From Macrostomum lignano (taxonomy: Eukaryota), in the NCBI GenBank assembly GCA_002269645.1, contig NIVC01002474.1, positions 1 to 46,102 on the forward strand: 46,102 nt of DNA, written 5' to 3'. Below are positions 19,507 through 30,900 of this stretch, piece after piece. A program made the translations under genes and the position numbers. Position 1 is the stretch's first letter. Each line of letters starts with the position of its first letter. The notes under the pieces are model-generated. The model searched no databases. It had not been told where the DNA came from and saw only the letters and a program-made list of their open reading frames with translations.

Positions 19507-22500
19507 TTAATTCTTTTTCTTCCTGCCGCCTCTGCCGCCGCGTCCGCCCCTGCTGCTCGCGAGAAGAGCGGCAGCACCAGAAGGCAGCCGGGCGGTGCCC
19601 CGCCTGGAAGTGCTGGACACCAGCACCTGAGGCGGCGGCGTCACGCCCTCGACAGGTTCTATTAGCGACGAGTCCCTGTAGGCACTCTCGTCGTAAAGAA
19701 GCCGAGCGACTGGCCTCTTAGGAACTGTGGCCGGGACCTGAGGCGCAGCTGCGGCCTCCGACTGCCGCTGTTGCGACGCCTGGGGCGCCGACGTCAGCTC
19801 CGTCGGGGATGTTAGTGCAGAACTGGGCACAGAGGATCTGCGAGAGGTGTTAGATAGATAACCTACCTGAGGAAACTGAACCCTACCTGAGGAATCTGAA
19901 CTCTACCTGAGGAATCTGAACTCTACCTGAGGAATCTGAACTCTACCTGAGGAATCTGAACCCTACCTGAGGAATCTGAACTCTACCTGAGGAATCTGAA
20001 CCCTACCTGAGGAATCTGAACTCTACCTGAGGAATCTGAACCCTACCTGAGGAATCTGAACTCTACCTGAGGAATCTAAACTCTACCTGAGGAATCTGAA
20101 CTCTACCTGAGGAATCTGAACTCTACCTGAGAAATCTGAACTCTACCTGAGGAATCTGAACTCTACCTGAGGAATCTGAACTCTACCTGAGGAATCTGAA
20201 CTCTACCTGAGGAATCTGAACTCTACCTGAGGAATCTGAACTCTACCTGAGGAATCTGAACTCTACCTGAGGAATCTGAACTCTACCTGAGGAATCTGAA
20301 CTCTACCTGAGGAATCTGAACTCTACCTGAGGAATCTGAACCCTACCTGAGGAATCTGAACTCTACCTGAGGAATCTGAACCCTACCTGAGGAATCTGAA
20401 CTCTACCTGAGGAATCTGAACCCTACCTGAGGAATCTGAACTCTACCTGAGGAATCTAAACTCTACCTGAGGAATCTGAACTCTACCTGAGGAATCTGAA
20501 CTCTACCTGAGGAATCTGAACTCTACCTGAGGAATCTGAACTCTACCTGAGGAATCTGAACTCTATCTGAGGAATCTGAACCCTACCTGAGGAATCTGAA
20601 CCCCCAAACTGAGAAATCTGAACCCTATCTGAGGAATCTGAACCCTATCTGAGGAATCTGAACCCAACCTGAGAAATCTGAACCCCCAACCGGAGGAAGC
20701 TGAACCCTACCTGAGGAATCTGAACCCCACCTGAGAAATCTGAACCCAACCTGAGAAATCTGAACCCTACCTGAGGAATCTGAATCCCCAAACTGAGGAA
20801 TCTGAACCCAACGTAAAGAATCTAAAAGACACACTAAAAGCAACCCAATAGACCACAAACCCATCATACGCAGTCCTGGCGGCAGTTTGGCTGCGCAAAA
20901 GCCGCGCGGAGCTACCAGCCGTATCCCCAGTTGTCGGCGTGGTCGACATCTGTGGGGTTGACATCTCCGACACCGAGTCCATTTCCCCAGTGCTGTCGTC
21001 CTCCTCAGAGGAGAAAATCATATCTCTTGTTAATCGAGAAGGCTGAAAAAAAGAGTTTCAGATTGTCCGTCATAAATATATTAAAGCTGTTGTCTTTCTA
21101 GACACAAATGTATTTATTAAATACAATTTGTTTACAAGAAACACAAGCATGGTCTTAACAAATATTTAATACTGAAGAAAATACTGATAAATAAATAGCA
21201 CATCCAATGAATACAGAATGAATCCAATGAATACAGATCCACAAGTTCATTTCTAAAAACGTCATTAAATTCTAATTTCCAAGAAACACGGATCCGTTAA
21301 GTTCATTTTCTAAGAATGAAAATCAATTAATTCCATTTCAAAAACAGAGATTAATAACTCATATCTAAGAAACGCTGATCAATAAATCGCATTTCTAAGA
21401 AACGCAGATCAATAAATCGAAATGCAGATCAATAAATCGCATTTCTAAGAAACGCAGATCAATAAATCTCATTTCTAAGAAACGCTGATTAATAAATATA
21501 ATTTTTAAGGAACGCAGATTAATGAATCTCATTTCTAAGAAACGCAGATCAATAATTATCATTTCTAAGAAACGCAGATTAATAATCTAATTTCTAAGAA
21601 ACGCAGATCGATAAATCGCATTTCTAAGAAACGCAGATTAATAAATATAATTTCTAAGAAATGCAGATAAAAAACTTATTTCTAAGAAACGCAGATCAAT
21701 AAATCGCATTTCTAAGAAACGCAGATCGATAAATCTCATTTCTAAGAAACGCAGATGAATAAATCTCTTTTCTAAGAAACGCAGATCAATAAATCTCATT
21801 TCTAAGAAACGCAGATCAATAAATCTCATTTCTAAGAAACGCAGATCAATAAATCTTATTTCTAGGAAACGCAGATCTATAAATCTCATTTCTAAGAAAC
21901 GCAGATCTATAAATCTCATTTCTAAGAAATGCAGATCAATAAATCGCATTTCTAAGAAACGCAAATCTATAAATCTCATTTCTAAGAAACGCAGATAGAA
22001 ACGCAGATCAATAAATCTCATTTCTAAAAAATGCAGATCAATAAATCGCATTTCCAAGAAACGCAGATCTATAAATCTCATTTCTAAGGAACGCAGATTA
22101 ATAAATCTCTTTTCGAAGAAACAAAGAACTAAAACTCCCTAAAGTTCAAATTTTTGAATTTTTAAATTAAAAAAAACCAAAGGGAACTCACCCTAACCCG
22201 CTGCCGTTTAGTACCCGCTTTCACAGTGGCGGATGTCGTCGAGCAAGTCGAAGCTCTTGACGACAAACGCGGCGGCGGCGGCGGCGGCGGCAACTGGAGC
22301 TGCTCGATTTTATCCTGGAGCTTAGCGTTATCCAAATGAAGGCTGGCCACCTTAGCCATCTCGGCCTCCAACTCCCGTTGGGCCTTGGCTCGTTCGGCCA
22401 GCCTGTTATTCTCGGCCGCTTCAAGATTTCGCCGACTTTCAAGCCGGCGCTCTTCTAATTTGCGCCTATACGCGTCCTTCTCATCCTCCAGGTCGCGTTT

Positions 22501-24902
22501 GAGCACTTCTAAACGGCCCTGCAAGTCCGCTACGTTGCGTCTCGCAACCTCAGCTTCTGCCTCGGCAGCGGTTGCACGGTTCTCCGACTATGAAGAGTGA
22601 GTTGGAGTTGTTGAGTCTTAATTATTGCGTCTAAGATTGAGGGGGGGGGTCGCCACACACACCCTCAATTACCTCCAGCGAATGCTGGCAACCCATTTTA
22701 CAGCTGGGTGAACTGAAGCAATGCAGAGTTAAGCTGCTCAAGGACACAAATTGTTCCAAGTGGAATCGAACCCCCAACCTTCAGGTCGTCAGTCCGACGC
22801 TCTAATCACTAGGCTACAAACCCCGGTGCCAGCAGCTTAGGCTCGATTTCAAGTGCAGTCACATTAATTTTTGGGGCTTAAAATCGGAATCTCGGCTTGG
22901 CTCTTCTCGTGCAATTAACGCCCAGCTTGATGGCCAACCCTCAGAGCACAAATCAAGGCTATGAAATGTACATAATAAGACTCACAGCTTGGATGAGCTG
23001 GCTAGTTTCTTTCGAACGTTGAGCTAACTGCTCTTTCAGCTCATTAATCTGATTTTGTTTGGCTTGAATAGTATCTGTATCCGCTGATAGTTGCTCTTGG
23101 AGCTGTAATAAAATAATTTAGTTTTCGTATGTTTTTACTTACAGTAGACAAAATGCGAACTAGTCTACAAATTTAGTTGTGATTTTTTTATTTACCAACG
23201 TTATCCTTTCTTCAGAGTCCGTATTGTTCACGGAGAGGCGCTGCTTTAAATCAATCAGTAACTGATCTTTTTCAATAGATGCAACTGATTCAAGCTCCAG
23301 TTGTTGCTCCAGCTGTTGAGATCAAAGCATGGACTATTATAGAGCTTAGGAGAAACAGTACAAAAAAATGCTTACTGGCTGTTTGTACAGGGATGGGACT
23401 AGCTGTTTGTACAAGGGTGGGACTAGCCGTTTGTACAGGGGTGGGACTAGCTGTTTGTACAGGGATGGGACTAGCTGTTTGTACAGGGATGGGACTAGCT
23501 GTTTGTACAGAGGTGAGACTAGCTGTGTGGTACAGAGGTGGGACTAGCTGTTTGTACAGGGATGGGACTAGCTGTGTGGTACAGAGGTGGGACTAGCTGT
23601 TTGTACAGGGGTGGGACTAGCTGTGTGGTACAGAGGTGGGACTAGCTGTTTGTACAGGGATGGGACTAGCTGTGTGGTACAGAGGTGGGACTAGCTGTTT
23701 GTACAGGGGTGGGACTAGCTGTGTGGTACAGGGGTGGGACTAGCTGTGTGGTACAGGGGTGGGACTAGCTGTGTGATACAGGGGTGGGACTAGCTGTTTG
23801 TACAGGGGTGGGACTAGCCGTTTGTACAGGGGTGGGACTAGCTGTTTGTACAGGGATGGGACTAGCTGTGTGGTACAGGGGTGGGACTAGCTGTTTGTAC
23901 AGGGGTGGGACTAGCTGTTTGTACAGGGGTGGGAATAGCTGTTTGTACAGGGGTGGGACTAGCTGTTTGTACAGAGGTGAGACTAGCTGTGTGGTACAGG
24001 GATGGGACTAGCTGTGTGGTACAGGGGTGGGACTAGCTGTGTGGTACAGGGGTGGGACTAGCTGTGTGGTACAGAGGTGAGACTAGCTGTGTGGTACAGG
24101 GGTGGGACTAGCTGTGTGGTACAGGGGTGGGACTAGCTGTGTGGTACAGGGGTGGGACTAGCTGTTTGTACAGGGATGGGACTAGCTGTGTGGTACAGGG
24201 GTGGAACTAGCTGTGTGGTACAGGGGTGGGACTAGCTGTGTGGTACAGGGCTGGGACTAGCTGTGTGATACAGGGGTGGGACTAGCTGTGTGGTACAGGG
24301 GTGGGACTAGCTGTGTGGTACAGGGGTGGGACTAGCTGTGTGATACAGGGGTGGGACTAGCTGTGTGGTACAGGGGTGGGACTAGCTGTGTGGTACAGGG
24401 GTGGGACTAGCTGTGTGGTACAGGGGTGGGACTAGCTGTGTGGTACAGGGGTGGGACTACAGAGCACTCACCGAATGAATTTTCTCAGCATTTTCGGCTT
24501 CTTTGTTTGCAATTTGCTGCCGCAGTTCATTCAGCTCAGTTTCCTTTGCATCGAGCTTGGCTTGCCCAGCAACTAGCTCATCTCGGAGCTAGAATTGTGG
24601 AAATATATGCGAATAAATTTAATAAGTTTAACAAGTATAAATTAAACATGAGATTTCATTTCTGCTAAGAGCGAACCTGCAAAAATTACAAAAAAACATA
24701 AATTCTATAAACAGAAGATAGCGAGCGGAAAACGAAATCATAAATCATTTTTCCGGAACAAGCATGTACAAGCCTACTAAGACAAGTTAAATGAAAGTCA
24801 GACAGAAAAGAAACTAGGATGGACAAGCCAAAACAAAAATACAGTCATTTAAAAAAAATGTACTAAAACAGAAAAGGCCGATACAGACAGACAGACAGAC
24901 AC

Positions 24903-24951
<49 letters not shown>

Positions 24952-27900
24952 AAGAAGACGAAGACGCTCGAGTTAGTTAATACGAGCTATTATCAGACTT
25001 TTTTGGGATAAGTTACCATATGTTCCCAGATGTGACACACTGTTTCCCATATGTGACACCATGTTCCCATATCGGACACCCTGTTCCCATCTGACACCAT
25101 GTTCCCATATCGGACACCCTGTTCCCATATGTGACACCCTGTTCCCATATCGGACACTCTGTTTCCCATCTGACACCCTGTTTCCCATCTGACACCCTGT
25201 TTCCCATCTAACACCGTTTCCCATCTGACACCCTGTTACCCATCTGACACCCTGTTTCCCATCTGACACCCCGTTTCCCATCTAACACCGTTTCCCATCT
25301 GACACCCTGTTTCCCATCTGACACCCTGTTTTTCATCTGACACCCTGTTTCCCATCTGACACCCTGTTTCCCATCTGACACCCTGTTTTTCATCAGACAC
25401 CCTGTTTCCCATCTGACACTTTGTTTAACATCTGACACCCTGTCTCCCATCTGACACCCTGTTTAACATCTGACACCCTGTCTCCCATCTGACACCCTGT
25501 TCCCATATCTGACACCCTGTTCCGATATCTGACACACTGTTTCGCATCTGACACCCTGTTTCCCATCTGACACCCTGTTTCCCATCTGACACCCTGTTTC
25601 CCATCTGACACCCTGTTTCCATATCTGACACCCTGTTTAACATCTGACACCCTGTTTCCCATCTGACACCCTGTTCCCATATCTGACACCCTGTTTCCCA
25701 TCTGACACCCTGTCTCCCATCTGACACCCTGTTTCCCATCTGACACCCTGTCTGCATATCTGACACCCTGTCTCCCATCTGACACCCCGTCTAAAGCTCA
25801 TTTTCTTAAGCTCACCTGCTTAAGCTGATTCTCAGCTTCAGACTCAGCTTCATCCAGCCGACGCCGAAGCTCCAGCAGCTGCTCATCCTTTGCTGAGGAC
25901 TCCGCCGAAATGGACTCCAACTTCGCTTCAGACTGGCGGAGCTTCTCAACCTTCAATGAAAAACAATAGGTTGATAAAAAATAAGAGACGAGTCCCAACT
26001 CCCACACGCTTGCTTACCGTCTCATTCAGTTCGATAGAGAGCTTATCACTGTCACGTGACTTTTCTGCCAATTGCGACTGGAGTTGGGCTAGCTGCTGAT
26101 TTAGCTGAAATGAATGTTCAAAATGGCTCAATTATTTTACTGAGGCTAATAATATATTTGTAATACTTTAATAGCACTAATTTGCTAACCACTTCTATTC
26201 GCTTATCAAGTTTTCGTATTTGGTAATTTTTCAGGTTTCTTGAAAATCCTCCTTTTTGGCAATTTTTCGGGTGTGTTGAAAATCCTTATATTTCGGCAAA
26301 TTTTGGGGTCTGTTGAAAATCCACCTATTTCGGCAATTTTTCGGGTTTGTTAAAATCCTCAGATTTGCAGCAATTTTTCGGGTTTGTTAAAATTCTCAGA
26401 TTTGCAGCAATTTTTCGGGTTTGTTAAAATTCTCAGATTTGCAGCAATTTTTCGGGTTTGTTAAAATCCTCAGATTTGCAGCAATTTTTTGGGTTTGTTG
26501 AAAATCCTCAGAGTTCAGCAATTTTTCGGGTTTCTTGAAAATCCTCAGATTTCAGCAATTTTTCGGGTTTCCCGAAAATCCTCAGATTTCAGCAATTTTT
26601 CGGGTTTGTTGAAAATCCTCAGATTTCAGCAATTTTTCGGGTTTCCCGAAAATCCTCAGATTTCAGCAATTTTTCGGGTTTCTTGAAAATCCTCAGAGTT
26701 CAGCAATTTTTCGGGTTTCCCGAAAATCCTCAGAGTTCAGCAATTTTTCGGGTTTCTTGAAAATCCTCAGAGTTCAGCAATTTTTCGGGTTTCCCGAAAA
26801 TCCTCAGATTTCAGCAATTTTTCGGGTTTCTTGAAAATCCTCAGAGTTCAGCAATTTTTCGGGTTTCCCGAAAATCCTCAGAGTTCAGCAATTTTTCGGG
26901 TTTCTTGAAAATCCTCAGATTTCAGCAATTTTTCGGGTTTCCCGAATCCTCAGAGTTCAGCAATTTTTCGGGTTTCCCGAAAATCCTCAGAGTTCAGCAA
27001 TTTTTCGGGTTTCTTGAAAATCCTCAGAGTTCAGCAATTTTTCGGGTTTCCCGAAAATCCTCAGATTTCAGCAATTTTTCGGGTCTGTTGAAAATCCTCA
27101 TTTCGGCAATTGTTCCTGTTTGTTGAAGTTTTTGATATTCGGTAATTTTTCAGGTTTGTTTAGGATACTAACATTTCGGAAACTTTTCTGAATCGTTGAA
27201 AATCCTCATTGGTAATTTTCAGGTTTTTTTAATTTTTTAATATTTCATATGTCTCACCCTGTTTCCCATCTGACACCATGATCCCACATCTGACACCCTG
27301 TTCCCATATCTGACACCTGATCCCACATCTGACACCCTGTTTCTCATCTGACACCCTGTTTCCCATCTGACACCCTGTTTTCATATCTGACACCAGATCC
27401 TATATCTGACACCCTGTACCCATATCTGACACCTGATCCAATATCAGACACCTGATCCCACATCTGACACCATGATCCCATATCTGACACCCTGTTCCCA
27501 TATCTGACACCTGATCCCACATCTGACACCCTGTTCCCATATCTGACACCTGATCCCACATCTGACACCCTGTTTCCCATCTGACACCATGATCCCACAT
27601 CTGACACCCTGTTTCCCATCTGACACCATGATCCCACATCTGACACCCTGTTTCCCATCTGACACCATGATCCCACATCTGACACCCTGTTTCCCATCTG
27701 ACACCATGATCCCACATCTGACACCCTGTTTCCCATCTGACACCATGATCCCACATCTGACACCCTGTTTCCCATCTGACACCATGATCCCACATCTGAC
27801 ACCCTGTTTCCCATCTGACCCCATGATCCCACATCTGACACCCTGTTTCCCATCTGACACCATGATCCCACATCTGACACCCTGTTTCCCATCTGACACC

Positions 27901-30900
27901 ATGATCCCACATCTGACACCCTGTTTCCCATCTGACACCATGATCCCACATCTGACACCCTGTTTCCCATCTGACACCATGATCCCACATCTGACACCCT
28001 GTTTCCCATCTGACACCATGATCCCACATCTGACACCCTGTTTCCCATCTGACACCATGATCCCACATCTGACACCCTGTTCCCATATCTGACACCTGAT
28101 CCAATATCAGACACCTGATCCCACATCTGACACCCTGTTTCTCATCTGACACCCTGTTTCCCATCTGACACCCTGTTCTTTTATCTGACACCCTGTTCCT
28201 TTATCTGACACCCTGTTTTCCATCTGACACCCTGTCTCCCATCTGACACCCTGTTTCCCATCTGACACCTGATCCCATATCTGACAGCCTGTTTCTCATC
28301 TGACACCCTGTTTCCCATCTGACACCCTGTTCCTTTATCTGACACCCTGTTCCTTTATCTGACACCCTGTTTTCCATCTGACACCCTGTCTCCCATCTGA
28401 CACCCTGTTTCCCATCTGACACCTGATCCCATATCTGACAGCCTGTTCCCACATCTGACACCTGATCCCATATCTGACACCATGATTCCAAATCTGACAC
28501 CTGATACCATATCTGACACCTGATCCTATATCTGACACCAGTTCCCATATCTGACACCCTGTTCCCATATCTGACACCTGATCCCACATCTGACACCCTG
28601 TTTAACATCTGACACCCTGTCTCCCATCTGACACCCTGTTTCCCATCTGACACCCTGTTTAACATCTGACACCCTGTTTAACATCTGACACCCTGTCTCC
28701 TATCTGACACCTGATCTTATATCTGACACCCTGTTCCTTTATCTGACACTCTGTTTTCCATCTGACACCCTGCCTAAAGCTCATTATCTTAAACTCACCT
28801 GCTTAAGCTGATCCTCAGCTTCCGACTCAGCTTCATCCAGCCGACGCTGAAGCTCCAGCAGCTGCTGATCCTTTGCTGAGGACTCCGCCGAAATGGACTC
28901 CAACTTCGCTTCAGACTGGCGGAGCTTCTCAACCTTCAATGAAAAACAATAAGTTGATAAAAAATAAGAGAAGAGCCCCAACTCCCACACGCTTGCTTAC
29001 CGTCTCATTCAGTTCGATAGAGAGCTTATCACTGTCACGTGACTTTTCTGCCAATTGCGACTGGAGTTGGGCTAGCTGCTGATTTAGCTGAAATGAATGT
29101 TCAAAATTGCATCTGCATTTGACACCCTGTTCCCACATCTGACACCTGATCCTATATCTGACACCTGATCCCATATCTGACAGCCTGTTCCCACATCTGA
29201 CACCTGATCCCATATCTGACACCATGATCCCAAATCTGACACCTGATACCATATCTGACACTTGATCCTATATCTGACACCTGATCCAATACCTGACACC
29301 ATGATCCTATATCTGACACCTGATCCCATATCTGACACCCTGTTCCGATATCTGACACACTGTTTCGCATCTGACACCCTGTTTCCCATCTGACACCCTG
29401 TTTAACATCTGACACCCTGTTTAACATCTGACACCCTGTTTAACATCTGACACCCTGTTTAACATCTGACACCCTGTTTAACATCTGACACCCTGTTTAA
29501 CATCTGACACCCTGTTTAACATCTGACACCCTGTTCCCATATCTGACACCTGATCTTATATCTGACACCCTGTTTCCCATTTGACACCCTGTTCCCATAT
29601 CTGACACCCTGTCTCCCATCTGACACCCTGTTTCCCATCTGACACCCTGTTTCCCATCTGACACCCTGTTTCCCATCTGACACCCTGTTCCCATATCTGA
29701 CACCAGATCCTATATCTGACACCTTTTTTATCTGACACCCTGTCTCCCATCTGACACCCTGTCTGCATATCTGACACCCTGTCTCCCATCTGACACCCTG
29801 TCTAAAGCTCATTTTCTTAAGCTCACCTGCTTAAGCTGATTCTCAGCTTCAGACTCAGCTTCATCCAGCCGACGCTGAAGCTCCAGCAGCTGCTGATCCT
29901 TTGCTGAGGACTCCGCCGAAATGGACTCCAACTTCGCTTCAGACTGGCGGAGCTTCTCAACCTTCAATGAAAAACAATAAGTTGATAAAAAATAAGAGAC
30001 GAGTCCCAACTCCCACACGCTTGCTTACCGTCTCATTCAGTTCGATAGAGAGCTTATCACTGTCACGTGACTTTTCTGCCAATTGCGACTGGAGTTGGGC
30101 TAGCTGCTGATTTAGCTGAAATGAATGTTCAAAATTGCATCTGACACCCTGTTTCCCATCTGACACCCTGTTCCCATATTTGACACCAGATCCTATATCT
30201 GACACCTTTTTTTATCTGACACCCTGTCTCCCATCTGACACACTGTCTGAATATCTGACACCCTGTTTTCCATCTGACACCCTGTTTTCCATCTGACACC
30301 CTGCCTAAAGCTAATTTTCTTCAACTCACCTGCTTAAGCTGATTCTCAGCTTCCGACTCAGCTTCATCCAGCCGTCGCTGAAGCTCCAGCAGCTGCTCAT
30401 CCTTTGCTGAGGACTCCGCCGAAATGGACTCCAACTTCGCTTCAGACTGGCGGAGCTTCTCAACCTTCAATGAAAAACAATAAGTTGATAAAAAATAAGA
30501 GACGAGCCCCAACTCCCACACGCTTGCTTACCGTCTCATTCAGTTCGATAGAGAGCTTATCACTGTCACGTGACTTTTCTGCAAATTGCGACTGGAGTTG
30601 GGCTAGCTGCTGATTTAGCTGAAATGAATGTTCAAAATTGCATCTGCATCTGACACCCTGTTCCCACATCTGACACCTGATCCTATATCTGACACCTGAT
30701 CCCATATCTGACAGCCTGTTCCCACATCTGACACCTGATCCCATATCTGACACCATGATCCCAAATCTGACACCTGATACCATATCTGACACCTGATCCT
30801 ATATCTGACACCTAATCCAATACCTGACACCATGATCCCATATCTGACACCTGATCCCATATCTGACACCCTGTTCCGATATCTGACACACTGTTTCGCA

